64,000 nt of DNA from an uncultured Phycisphaerales bacterium (GCA_963844715.1 CAWJPJ010000007.1:96001-160000), one strand, 5' to 3'; shown: positions 8,501-18,266, counted from the stretch's first letter. Numbers and translations are program-made. Notes: generated by a model from the letters alone, not told the origin.

Positions 8501-9683
8501 TCATTGGACGGTGACGACCTGGTAATCGGTGATGGTGACGCTATAGCTGCCGGAGTTGTTGCTGTTTTCGTGGCCGTCCATGCTGCCCAGAAACATGCGC
8601 GTCGCGCCGCTGGGGACGTTGATGTATTGCTGAGCGGAGCCCGCGGCGGAACTGGTGGTTCCGGTGCCGGCATAGAAAGTCTGCTGGAGCTGAGGGGAAA
8701 CGGAGGTGTAGTCGCGTTCGGTCTGCGTGGAGAAATCGAGGGGCGTGGGGGCGGTGCCGCCGTCGGGGGTACTGCTGTTGAGAAAGACGCCGACCATGGA
8801 ATCGCCGGGGACGTCGATGTCGGACATGCCGTGTTCCGAGACGCCGTCGGCCGCTTCGTCATCGTCCATTCCGATGGTGCCGCCTGAGGTCTTATCGACG
8901 CCGTTGGCTTCGCCCTCGTCGTCGCCCGGTCCCTTTAATACGGTGCCGCTGACGCCGGTGAGGGTGATGACGTCGCCGGGATTGACGGTAAAATTCACCT
9001 GCAAAGGCGAAGCATAGGGTTCGCCGGTTGCGTAGTCGGTTGACCAGTTCTTGCTCGAATCAGTCCCGCCATAGGTTCCCGCGAGGTCGTATTTCCACTC
9101 GTGCTGCGCGTCGGCGTATTCGGAGTCGGGCACGCTGGCTGAAGTTCCCGCCGGCTCGCCGGCGAGCCAGATATTCGAGGTGCCGTTGACGGTGCCGGTC
9201 ATGCTATGTTGCAGGACCAGGGCGGCGGTGGAGACGGCCCAGACGTCGACGGTATTGACGCCGATCAATGAGCCGAAAAGCAGCGACAAGGGATTACCGT
9301 TGGCGGTGGTGCGCCGGGCGTAGACTGCGCACTGCGTTGTACGGAGTGGCGCCGCTGGTGAACGTGGAGGTCGAGGTGTTCCAGTTTCCGATCTGAATGT
9401 CGTTGGTGGTGCTGAGCGTGATGGTCGCGCCGTCGACGGTGTTTTGCGCGGCGATGTGGACCGCGGCGTTCTGCGCGGCGGTGGTGCTGGTGGAGAGATT
9501 GGCGACGGCCGCGCGGGCGGCGGCGTCAGCGACGCGGCGCAGCTCGGTCTTTACGGTCTGGGTGCGGGCAAGGTCCACCGCCAGTCCGAGCAGGCTGCAC
9601 AGCGCCGTCATGGTAATTAGCGTGTAAATCATCGCGATGCCGCGACGATTATTTAATTTTCCAGACCCACGGTAAGCTTGCAC
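8501..9683 (-). CDS. TadG-like pseudopilin/adhesin C with LecA-like C-terminal domain (frameshift near 9327)
   Basis: RRG|IAMIY leader and Tad motif. C-domain VNPGDVITL...MFLGSMDGHENSNNSGSYSVTI. Joins ORFs 9294..9683 and 8501..9289. Confidence 0.82.
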
Positions 9684-9707
9684 AGTTAATCCACCTCTGT
9701 CGCCACA

Positions 9708-9733
9708 ATCGGATAAAGGCGGCCCGTGCTTTA
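9708..9733 (-). promoter_or_regulatory. Sigma28/SigD-like promoter of adhesin C
   Basis: TAAAG-N15-TCCGAT, overlapping a GATAAAG..CTTTATC inverted repeat. Confidence 0.5.
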
Positions 9734-9796
9734 TCGTGGTAAGTAATTTTTTAACATAGATAAAGTTAAGATGGGCGGTGTTTTTGCAGAGAATGG

Positions 9797-11677
9797 TTAA
9801 TTGGGCAATTCCTGCACAAATTGCCGGTAGAGCTGGGCGTATTTTCCGTTGGATTCCAAAAGCTGACGATGGGTGCCACGTTCGATAATGCGGCCGGCGT
9901 CGATCACCAGAATGACATCGGCGCGCATGATCGTGCTGAGACGATGGGCGACGATGAATGTGGTGCGTCCTTCCAATAACTTTTCCAAGGATCGTTGCAC
10001 GAAAAGTTCCGTGGCGGTGTCAACGGCGCTGGTGGCTTCATCGAGCATGAAAATGCGCGGGTCGGCGAGGAAGGCGCGGGTGAAGCAGATCAATTGCCGC
10101 TGGCCCAGCGACATATTGGCGCCGCGCTCGCCGACATCGGATTGGAAGCCTTCGGCCAGAGTCATGATTGAGTCGTATGAACCGATGGCCCTGGCGGCGG
10201 CGATGACCTGCTCTTCGGTCGCCGAGGGACGGGCGTAGCGGATGTTGTCCATGACGGTGCCGCTGAAGAGATAATTCACCTGAAGGACCAGGCCCATCTG
10301 GCGGTGGAGGGTATCGCCGACGGCATGGCGGATGTCGAAACCGTCGACGAGGATTTTGCCCTGCTGCGGCTGATAGAAGCGGGCGATGAGGGAGATGATG
10401 CTGCTTTTTCCACTGCCGGTGGCGCCGACGAGGGCGACCATTTGCCCGGGCTGGGCATCGAAGTCGACGTCGTGCAGGACGGGGCGCTGGGGGTTGTAGC
10501 CGAAGGTGACTTTTTCGAATCGGACTTCACCGCGGAGCCGGGGGAGCGTGACGGCATCGGGCAGGTCGTGAACTTCGGGCTCCATTTCGAGCAAACCGAA
10601 GACCCGCTCGGCGCCGGCCATGGCCATCATGAGGGTGTTGTAGAACGCGCCCAGGGTGATGACGGGGTTCATGAACCAGTCCCAGTAGAGATACATCGCC
10701 AGGACGGACCCGACGCCGCGGTCGCCGAGGCGGCGTGACGCCATGAGATAGCCGCCGTAGAGAAGGATGATGAGCCGCCCGCAAAAGCGGATGACCTCGA
10801 GCATCGGCTGGTAGATGCCGTTGAGGCGAGCGGCGGCCATGTTGTTCATGGTGTTGATGTTCTGGAGATTGTTGAAGACGCCGAGGTTGGGGTCCTGGCG
10901 GTTGAAGGCGGTCACAACGCGCATGCCGGTGATGTTCTCGGCGAGATTGCTGGAGACGCGCGTGAAGCCCTCGCGCGCGATCTGATAGATGACGGCGGCG
11001 CGGCGATGATAGTGTCGCGTGAGGACGTAGAGGATCGGGGCGAGCCAGACGACGGAGAGGAACAATCTGGCGTTTTCGTGCAGCATGTAGAAGGCGGCGA
11101 CGAGCATGATGAGCCCGTTGGAGACGATCTGCCAGATGCCCCAGACGTTGACTTCGCGGAGGCTGCTGACGTCGGTGGTGCAGCGGCTGATAATGCGGCC
11201 GAGCTTGGTGCGGTCGTAGAAGTTCATGGAGAGCCGCTGGAGCTGGCGGAAGATGCGTTCTCGGAACTGGAACTGGACGCTTTCGCCGGCGCGGGTGAGG
11301 GTGAGGAGTGAATATCGCTGGAGGACGACGGAGCCGGCAAAGACCAGGGCCCACCAGCCGATGATGGTGGCGACATGGCGGGACGCCGCGGCAACGGAAA
11401 CGCCGGGATCCTTTCCGGCGACGTAATCCAGGCCGTAATTGCTGATCGCCTTGATGAACTGCGGGCCCTGCATGTCGAGCAGGACGAAGCCGATGCCCAG
11501 GGTGATCCCGACGATATATGCCTTACGGAACGGCCGCAGGGAGCGGAGCAGTTTCTTCACCAGCGGCCACTGAATCGGGCGGTAACGGTCCTCATCCTCG
11601 GATTGAATTTGCCCCGACGCGACAACCGCCGCGGTGGCGGTTTTATTGCGTCGCTTTGTCCAATTCAGGACGGTCAT
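9797..11677 (-). CDS. ABC exporter half-transporter (TMD+NBD), subunit 2
   Basis: TM domain, Walker A GATGSGKS, degenerate signature MSLGQRQ, MLDEATS, AHRLST. Confidence 0.92.
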   Translation of the reverse strand: MTVLNWTKRRNKTATAAVVASGQIQSEDEDRYRPIQWPLVKKLLRSLRPFRKAYIVGITLGIGFVLLDMQGPQFIKAISNYGLDYVAGKDPGVSVAAASRHVATIIGWWALVFAGSVVLQRYSLLTLTRAGESVQFQFRERIFRQLQRLSMNFYDRTKLGRIISRCTTDVSSLREVNVWGIWQIVSNGLIMLVAAFYMLHENARLFLSVVWLAPILYVLTRHYHRRAAVIYQIAREGFTRVSSNLAENITGMRVVTAFNRQDPNLGVFNNLQNINTMNNMAAARLNGIYQPMLEVIRFCGRLIILLYGGYLMASRRLGDRGVGSVLAMYLYWDWFMNPVITLGAFYNTLMMAMAGAERVFGLLEMEPEVHDLPDAVTLPRLRGEVRFEKVTFGYNPQRPVLHDVDFDAQPGQMVALVGATGSGKSSIISLIARFYQPQQGKILVDGFDIRHAVGDTLHRQMGLVLQVNYLFSGTVMDNIRYARPSATEEQVIAAARAIGSYDSIMTLAEGFQSDVGERGANMSLGQRQLICFTRAFLADPRIFMLDEATSAVDTATELFVQRSLEKLLEGRTTFIVAHRLSTIMRADVILVIDAGRIIERGTHRQLLESNGKYAQLYRQFVQELPN

Positions 11678-11680
11678 GGT

Positions 11681-13654
11681 TCAATCCAGGGTTGATTCGG
11701 CCTCGATCGCGACGGGAGCCCGGTCGGCTTCGGGCGATTGCAGGCGTTTCATGTGGGACAGCTTTCGGGTTTCGTCGGGCGCGTCGTCCGGCCCATACAG
11801 TTGCGCGGCGGCGATCTGGCGATAATGCCCGTGCTGCTCCATCAATTGATCGTGGGTGCCGATCTGCGTGATGCGCCCGTCCTCGATGACGAGAACGAGA
11901 TCGGCCTGTTTGACGGTGCTGATGCGATGGGCGATGACGAAGGTGGTGCGGCCGTGCATGACGAAACGCATGCCGCGGCGGATAAGGTCTTCGGTTTCCG
12001 GATCGACCGAGGCGGTGGCGTCGTCGAGAACCAGGACGCGCGGATTGGTGACGATGGCGCGGGCGATGGCGAGGCGCTGGCGTTGGCCGCCGGAAAGGCT
12101 GGCGCCGCGCTCGCCGAGGATGGTGTCGTATCCCTTGGGGAGGGCTTCGATGAATTCGTGGGCCTGGGCGAGGCGCGCGGCGGCTTCGATGTCGCCGGGG
12201 CTGATCGAGGGGCGTCCGTAGGAAATGTTTCCGGTGACCGTGTCGCTGAAGAGATAGGTTTCCTGAAAGACGAGGGTGATCTGCGTGCGCAGGCTAGTGA
12301 GGGTGAGGTCGCGAAGGTCGACGCCGTCGATGAGGATGCGGCCCTGTTGGGGGTCATAGAATCTTCCCATCAGGCTGACGAGCGTGCTTTTGCCGGAGCC
12401 GGTGGGACCGACAATGGCGACGACGCTGCCGCCTGGAATCTTGAAGCTCAGATCGTGCAGGACAGGTTTTTCGGGATTGTAACCAAATGTTACATTTTGG
12501 AATTCGACGTCACCGGCGCCGCTGCGCGGGAGGGGACGAGCGTCGGACTTTTCGGGAACAGTGGGCGGGGCCATGAGAACTTCGTAGAGGCGGCGCGAGG
12601 AGACCATGGCGTTCTGATATTGCTCATTGATGGGGGCGACCTGTTGCAAGCGGCCGAGGATGGTGCCCATGGCGCCGCCGAGGATGACGAGGTCGCCGGC
12701 GAGCATCTTTCCGCGGACGATGAGAATGCCTGCGACGAGGAAGAGGGAGAGATGCGAGGCCATGGCGATGGAGCGAATGACCGGCTGGAAGTCAGCGAAC
12801 ATGCGGATGCGACGGAGTTGCCGATCCTTGAAGGTGTCGCAATTGGCGCAATACTTTTCGATTTCCTGATTTTCGGTGGCGAAGGCCTTGATGACGTGCA
12901 CGCCGGCGATGCTCTCGGTGATCAGCGAGACGTTGCGGTCGTCGGCTTCCATCACGCTGCGGGCCACCGGGCGAACGGTGCGGCTGAAGCGAAGAATGTA
13001 GTAGACCCAGATCGGCAGCGGCGCCAGCGAAAGGAAAGCGACCCATTTATTTCGGGTCCAGATCAGAATGATGTTGAACACGACGACCAGGACGATTTCA
13101 AGAGTCACCAGCACGGCCGTCTGGACGAAGGAACGGACATTTTGCAGATCGGATAAGGCGCGGTTGATGAGTTGTCCGGAGCTGATGACGTCGTGGAAGC
13201 CGAAGCCGACGCGCTGGAGCTTGTCGTAGACGGCTTCGCGGATGTAATAGACCATGTTCATGCTCATGTTGGCGTTGGCGATTTCGCGGAAGAAGCGAAC
13301 GACCAGCATGAGGAGGACGAGCCCCGCCAAACCGAAGAGAACGGCGCGGAGGTGGCGGGTCGCGGGGTCGGAAGCGGTGATCCACTGGCGGAAGCCGGTG
13401 GCGACGGCAGATTCGGACTGGCTTATTTTTTGGATGGCGTTGATGCCCTCGCCGGCCTGGCGGATGGTGAGGGTTTCGGTTCCGGTGACGGCGGCGACCC
13501 ACATGCAGGCGAGGAGCACGGCGGGGATCACCGGGCGGATGAAGCGGAACATCCAGCGGAACAGGACCCAGTTGGAAACCTGCGAGGCTTCGCCTGAGAC
13601 AATCGAGTTTCCACTGCGCTCGGAAGCCGAGCGCTCTGGCGATTTAACCGTCAC
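11681..13654 (-). CDS. ABC exporter half-transporter (TMD+NBD), subunit 1
   Basis: GPTGSGKS, LSGGQRQR, degenerate Walker B LDDAT. With the neighbouring gene this is the typical asymmetric heterodimeric pair. Confidence 0.92.
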   Translation of the reverse strand: MTVKSPERSASERSGNSIVSGEASQVSNWVLFRWMFRFIRPVIPAVLLACMWVAAVTGTETLTIRQAGEGINAIQKISQSESAVATGFRQWITASDPATRHLRAVLFGLAGLVLLMLVVRFFREIANANMSMNMVYYIREAVYDKLQRVGFGFHDVISSGQLINRALSDLQNVRSFVQTAVLVTLEIVLVVVFNIILIWTRNKWVAFLSLAPLPIWVYYILRFSRTVRPVARSVMEADDRNVSLITESIAGVHVIKAFATENQEIEKYCANCDTFKDRQLRRIRMFADFQPVIRSIAMASHLSLFLVAGILIVRGKMLAGDLVILGGAMGTILGRLQQVAPINEQYQNAMVSSRRLYEVLMAPPTVPEKSDARPLPRSGAGDVEFQNVTFGYNPEKPVLHDLSFKIPGGSVVAIVGPTGSGKSTLVSLMGRFYDPQQGRILIDGVDLRDLTLTSLRTQITLVFQETYLFSDTVTGNISYGRPSISPGDIEAAARLAQAHEFIEALPKGYDTILGERGASLSGGQRQRLAIARAIVTNPRVLVLDDATASVDPETEDLIRRGMRFVMHGRTTFVIAHRISTVKQADLVLVIEDGRITQIGTHDQLMEQHGHYRQIAAAQLYGPDDAPDETRKLSHMKRLQSPEADRAPVAIEAESTLD

Positions 13655-13779
13655 GTTGATTTATCCGGTAAACAGGCCACTCGCGCCGAAAATCGGTTCT
13701 ACACTTCCATTATCGGCCGTCAACCCCTGAGGGCGCGAAAAGTCGAGCGGCGTGGGTCAAAAGGCCGATAATTATCGGC

Positions 13780-14166
13780 ATGAGCGCGCTGATGGCCGCA
13801 TCCGATCGCATTCGTCAGCTCCGTGTGGCGCTGGGAAAATTCGCCATGGCGCGACGGCGCCGGGCGGGGTTTGCGGCCATGCATCCGCAATGGGAAGTGC
13901 GGGCGGCAATTTGCGAGCGCTGCCCGATGCGGATGATCCGCTGCGGAGTGAGTTACTGCGGGAATCCATATCTGGAACATATCGATCGCGATCCGGTAGT
14001 GGACGGGTGCGGGTGTCCGTGCCGGGATAAGGCGCAGTCGCCGGAAGAACATTGTCCGATCGACGCCCGGCATCGGGCGGCGGAGCGCGGGGAAGCCTGC
14101 ACGTGCAAATGGTGCCGGGCGGCGTTGCCTTCACCGGCTGAGCGCTCTATGGTGCCGGGGAGATGA
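13780..14166 (+). CDS. Small Cys-rich protein (11 Cys; DUF6171-like pattern)
   Basis: R..IC..CP...C...C...GCGCPC..KA.....CP...CTCKWC. ATGA overlap with the next gene. Confidence 0.65.
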   Translation: MSALMAASDRIRQLRVALGKFAMARRRRAGFAAMHPQWEVRAAICERCPMRMIRCGVSYCGNPYLEHIDRDPVVDGCGCPCRDKAQSPEEHCPIDARHRAAERGEACTCKWCRAALPSPAERSMVPGR

Positions 14167-15303
14167 AATCGGGTTTTGCGTCGATTTTTGTGGCGGCGGT
14201 GTTCATGGCGCTGGCGCCCGTGCTGGGTCAAACTACCGAGCCGGCGGCGAGCCAGCCCGAGGCGGCGCATGTCGCGGAGATTCCGCCCGGATACCACGTT
14301 TTGACGGTGGGGACGCGGCACGTCATCTGCCTGCCGTCGGACGATGATTGGGTGCGGAAGGCGGCGGAATCGGTTCGGCCGGCGACGCGCCCGACGACCA
14401 TGCCGTCGGATCTGCTCGCGGCGCTCAGTGAACACCGCGCCGATCTGGACGCGATGGTGCAATCGGATCTGGCGCTGAGCGATACGAAGGACCTGGACGA
14501 GGTGATCGACAAGGCATTGGCGCCGGAGCTGGCCAAGTTCGATGCGCTGAAATCCGAATATTTATTACTTCCCCGTTCCGCGCACCAAGCTGCTCTTGCT
14601 GATGGAAAATGGATGGACGGACCCGCGCTATCACTATCTGCGGTTTGCCCATCAGGTGGATTACTCCGACAACGTGGACATTTCCATCGATCATCCGATG
14701 GACGACCAGGTGATGTGGGTGGACATTCACGACGGGGACACGGCTTCGCAATGCAGCGACGCGCTGGTGGAAGAGATCGCCGACTTTGAGGCGCGGTATC
14801 CGCTGGCGGTATCGCTGTACGCGCAATCCGGGACGAGGAACGTGCTGGCGGATTATGTGCTTAGAAAAGTTTTCGGTCCGATTAAATTGGCGCCGACGGA
14901 GCAGTGGTTTTCCCACAGCGCGGCGGAGTTGTACGCGATCAAATACGCGACGTATCTGTCGGGGTCGTGGCGGCGCGGATTGGTGCTGGCGCTGCTGCGC
15001 GGCGATCCGCGGAATCCGCTGGACTGGCAGCCGCTGGATTTGGTTCACCCGCTCGATCCGACGTCGATGTGGCCGGATTATCTGAAGATTTACAACAACG
15101 CCGTGATGCGCAAGGGTTCGTTCGTGATCGACCAGTGGATGACCAAGGGAGGGGACGAGGTGATGGCCAAGACGCTTCCGGTGATGCGGGAAAATCCTCC
15201 GCAGAACGCGGCGGATTTGATCAAAATGATTCAGGATTCGACGGGGATAGACCTGACGCCGGTGATGCTGCCGTTCTATACGCCTGTTCCGCCGCAGCTT
15301 TGA
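14163..15303 (+). CDS. Secreted hypothetical protein (frameshift near 14570)
   Basis: Signal peptide MKSGFASIFVAAVFMALAPVLG and TTEP/ATRP linker. Joins ORFs 14163..14789 and 14596..15303. Confidence 0.7.
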
Positions 15304-15421
15304 GGGGGGGCGGCTGTTTCCGGGCGGGGTAAAATTTGAAGTTCCAATCAGAATTAAGATAGGCTTCGCCGGCTTGCATGGGGGATGGGACAATGCGCAC
15401 CTCTTTGAAAAGGAGCCGGTT

Positions 15422-15745
15422 ATGGATTTCCTGTTCTTCAATAAATTGATCACGCCCACGGTAATTCAGGTAATTTTCTGGATCTGGCTGGCGGGCATCT
15501 GGCTGGGTGCGTTGGGGTCGGGGATTGCCCTCATGTCGCAGGGCGGGGTCATGATCCTGTTCGGACTGGTTGAATTCCTGATCTTCGGCATCCTGGGGAG
15601 CATTTTCGCCCGGGTAGGGTGCGAACTGATCATTGTCGTTTTTCAAATACACTCTGAACTGGTGGCGATGCGCACGGGAACGGCTCCTGGAACGGGCGCG
15701 GGCTTTCCGGTGACGCCAGCGCCGCCGATGCCGCCGCACGCGTGA
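15422..15745 (+). CDS. DUF4282-family membrane protein
   Basis: FLFFNKLITP.VIQ.IFW...R...E.IIV.F.I...L pattern. AAGGAG RBS. Confidence 0.8.
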   Translation: MDFLFFNKLITPTVIQVIFWIWLAGIWLGALGSGIALMSQGGVMILFGLVEFLIFGILGSIFARVGCELIIVVFQIHSELVAMRTGTAPGTGAGFPVTPAPPMPPHA

Positions 15746-15757
15746 TCCGGAGCCGCA

Positions 15758-16237
15758 TCACCTGCCGATGTCTTCGTTCCACAGAGCGGGGTTTTGGCGG
15801 ATGAAGTCCGCCATCATTTGGATGCAGTCGGGGTCGTGGAGATCGCTGACTTCGACGCCCTGGCCGCGCAGAAAGTCCGGCGCGCCGTGGAAATTGATCG
15901 ACTCGCCGACGATGACTTTGGGAATACCGAATTGCACGACCGCGCCGCTGCACAGGAAGCAGGGCATGAGGGTCGAATACAAAATGGTGTCGCGGTAGGT
16001 TTGCTGTCTTCCGGCGTTGGCGAGGCAGTCGATTTCGGCATGGGCCATGGGATTGCCGTCCTGAACGCGGCGGTTGTGTCCGCGGCCGATGATCTGGTTG
16101 TTGCGCACGAGCACCGAACCGATGGGGAGGCCGCCCTCGCCAAGACCGAGGCGCGCTTCTTCGATCGCCTGGCGGAGGAATGGATCGTCGGCGACGGCGG
16201 CGCGCGGATAGGGCGAGGCGCCGGCGTCCACTTTCAC
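15758..16237 (-). CDS. Zn-dependent cytosine/nucleoside deaminase (yeast Fcy1-like)
   Basis: EGGLPIGSVL, GRGHNRRVQ, HAE, PC..C, WNEDIG. Confidence 0.9.
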   Translation of the reverse strand: MKVDAGASPYPRAAVADDPFLRQAIEEARLGLGEGGLPIGSVLVRNNQIIGRGHNRRVQDGNPMAHAEIDCLANAGRQQTYRDTILYSTLMPCFLCSGAVVQFGIPKVIVGESINFHGAPDFLRGQGVEVSDLHDPDCIQMMADFIRQNPALWNEDIGR

Positions 16238-16464
16238 CGGCGCGGGGGCGCTGCGGGAAGCCCGGCCAGATCGGCGGGGTGAAGCGAGGCGGATTCCACG
16301 TTGGCCTTGTGAATCTGATCGTAGATTTCCTTGCGATGGACGGTGATGTCGCGCGGCGCCTGAATGCCCAGACGGACTTTGTCGCCGCGGATGTCTACAA
16401 CGGTGACGTCTATGTTGTTTCCGATGACGATGGTTTCGTTTCGCTGGCGGGTCAAGACGAGCAT
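16234..16464 (-). CDS. csrA: Carbon storage regulator CsrA
   Basis: MLVLTR...E.I.IG..I.VTV.DIRGDKVRLGI.AP....VHRKEIY. Confidence 0.95.
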   Translation of the reverse strand: MLVLTRQRNETIVIGNNIDVTVVDIRGDKVRLGIQAPRDITVHRKEIYDQIHKANVESASLHPADLAGLPAAPPRR

Positions 16465-16526
16465 TGCGGTCACCTTCCTGGCAAGCGCGCGGCTGGGGGC
16501 ATCCTTCCGTGGGCCGGGGGATTATA
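16465..16526 (-). promoter_or_regulatory. csrA -10 box and leader with three GGA motifs
   Basis: TATAAT at 16526-16521. Leader holds ACGGA, AAGGA and CAGGA, the last overlapping the RBS. Confidence 0.6.
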
Positions 16527-16543
16527 GCCCGACCCTGGCGGAA

Positions 16544-17209
16544 TTACGCGGGGGGGCGCCCCTTTGCGTCGGTGACGGGTCTGGGCCAACTGGGGTGGGT
16601 ATTCGCGATCTTGGGAATGCGGATAATGACGTGGTGTTGCGTGCCGGGTAAATCTACGGGGTGAATTTCGGGGGTTCCGCCCCCGATCCTGGTAATGATC
16701 CGCCGCGCCTGGGCCATTTCTTCGGCGGCTTTGGCGCCTTTCATGGCCAGGGCAACTCCCCCCTTCTTCGTCAGGGGGAGCATCCATTCGGCGAGCCAAT
16801 CGAGGGTTCCGACGGCGCGGGCGACGACCACGTCGAAGGATTCGCGCAGGTCAGAGCGGCCGGCTTCTTCGGCGCGAACGGGGGCGACGTCTACGTTTGA
16901 AAGTTGCAACTCGGCGGCAGTAGCTTTTAGGAAGTCCGCCTTCTTTTTGGTGGCTTCGATGAGGGTGACGTGCGCGTCGGGGCGGGCAATGGCGAGAATG
17001 ATGCCGGGGACCCCCCCGCCGCTGCCGATGTCGGCCAGGCGATGCGCGCCTTTCGGAAGGAACGGCAAAAGCGTGAGGGCGTCGGCGACGTGGAGATTTT
17101 CGGCCTGGGCGCGGTCGACGATGCGGGTGAGATTCATCCGCGCGTTGGCGGCGATGAGGAGATCGAGGTAGCGCTCGATTTTCTGTCGATCGGCGTCTTG
17201 CAGATTCAC
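16544..17209 (-). CDS. rsmG: 16S rRNA m7G527 methyltransferase
   Basis: N..MNLT.I, H..D.L, DIGSGGG.PGI.LAI, E...KK..FL, RAEE, ARAV. Confidence 0.93.
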   Translation of the reverse strand: MNLQDADRQKIERYLDLLIAANARMNLTRIVDRAQAENLHVADALTLLPFLPKGAHRLADIGSGGGVPGIILAIARPDAHVTLIEATKKKADFLKATAAELQLSNVDVAPVRAEEAGRSDLRESFDVVVARAVGTLDWLAEWMLPLTKKGGVALAMKGAKAAEEMAQARRIITRIGGGTPEIHPVDLPGTQHHVIIRIPKIANTHPSWPRPVTDAKGRPPA

Positions 17210-18027
17210 TCCCCGGGAATGTAGCTGATGACGCCTTCGAAGGGACTGCTGGCGGTGGCATAGCGTTTCTTGGGGATGCGCCCGGCTTCGTAGCTGAGGC
17301 GGCCGGCTTCGAGAGCCTGGCGCATGGCGGCGGCCATCTTGACGGGATCTTTGGCGTGGGCGACGCCGGTGTTGAGGAGCACGCCGTCGGCGCCGAGTTC
17401 CATCGCGATGGTCACATCGCTGGCGGTGCCGACGCCGGCGTCGACGATCACGGGATAATTCGCGTCGCCTTCCTTGAGCGTTTCGAGACAGAGCGAAATA
17501 TTCAGCGGATTGAGGACGCCTTGCCCCGAGCCGATGGGGCTGCCGGCGGGCATGACGCTGGCGGCGCCGGCTTCTTTGAATCGCCGTGCGGCTGATCGGA
17601 TCGTCGCTGGTGTAGCACGAGGACGGTGAAGCCTTCCTTGACGAGTTCTCTGGTGGCTTCGAGGGTGCCGACGGGGTCGGGCAGGAGGGTTTTCTTGTCG
17701 CCGAGAACTTCGAGTTTGACCCAATTTGCCGCCGGGATTTCGCTGTTTTTCGAGGAGTTCACGGCCGAGCAGAGAGACGCGGACGGCGTCTTCGGCGCTG
17801 AAGCAGCCGGCGGTGTTGGGGAGAATGATGTATTTGCTTAGATCGAGAAAATCGAGAAGGCTGCGCCCCTGCTTGTCGATGAGCCGCTCGCGCCGGACGG
17901 CGACGGTAACGACCTGGCAACCGCTGGCGGCGAGGGCCTGCTGCATGACTTCGTAATTGGCGTATTTGCCGGTGCCGACGAAGAGGCGATTTTGAATTTC
18001 GAATTTTCCTATTCGAAGAGTTTGCAT
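17206..18027 (-). CDS. thiG: Thiazole synthase (two compensating frameshifts near 17740 and 17600)
   Basis: [28 protein letters not shown]...LLPD lies in the alternative frame 17502..17762. [31 protein letters not shown]. Confidence 0.93.
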   Translation of the reverse strand: MQTLRIGKFEIQNRLFVGTGKYANYEVMQQALAASGCQVVTVAVRRERLIDKQGRSLLDFLDLSKYIILPNTAGCFSAEDAVRVSLLGRELLEKQRNPGGKLGQTRSSRRQENPPARPRRHPRSHQRTRQGRLHRPRATPATIRSAARRFKEAGAASVMPAGSPIGSGQGVLNPLNISLCLETLKEGDANYPVIVDAGVGTASDVTIAMELGADGVLLNTGVAHAKDPVKMAAAMRQALEAGRLSYEAGRIPKKRYATASSPFEGVISYIPGE

Positions 18028-18033
18028 ATGAGT

Positions 18034-18231
18034 TCATCCTCCGCCGACGAAGGTGACGATCTCGACTTCGTCGCCTTCGCTGAGGGGCGTATCATACTTT
18101 GGAGTGCGCACGAGGCGACGATTAACCTCGACGGCAACTTTGTCGGGCGTGAGTTTCGTTTCGGCGAGCAGCGTGTGAATGTCGCTGCCGTCCGGCAATT
18201 GCCGGTCCTGGCCGTTTACTTTGACGCGCAT
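18034..18231 (-). CDS. thiS: Sulfur carrier protein ThiS
   Basis: 65 aa, VNG...VAVEVN...L.EGD.VEIVTFVGGG. Confidence 0.95.
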   Translation of the reverse strand: MRVKVNGQDRQLPDGSDIHTLLAETKLTPDKVAVEVNRRLVRTPKYDTPLSEGDEVEIVTFVGGG

Positions 18232-18266
18232 ATGACCAGCGTAGGCGGTTTGAGATTTCTCGTCAA
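18232..18266 (-). promoter_or_regulatory. Sigma70-type promoter giving a leaderless thiS-thiG-rsmG transcript
   Basis: TTGACG-N17-TACGCT-N6-ATG. Confidence 0.65.

Noticed and set aside
5026..9683. Diversity-generating retroelement or invertase shufflon acting on the adhesins
   Set aside because: No reverse transcriptase, recombinase, adenine-specific TR/VR pair or inverted cassettes in the window.
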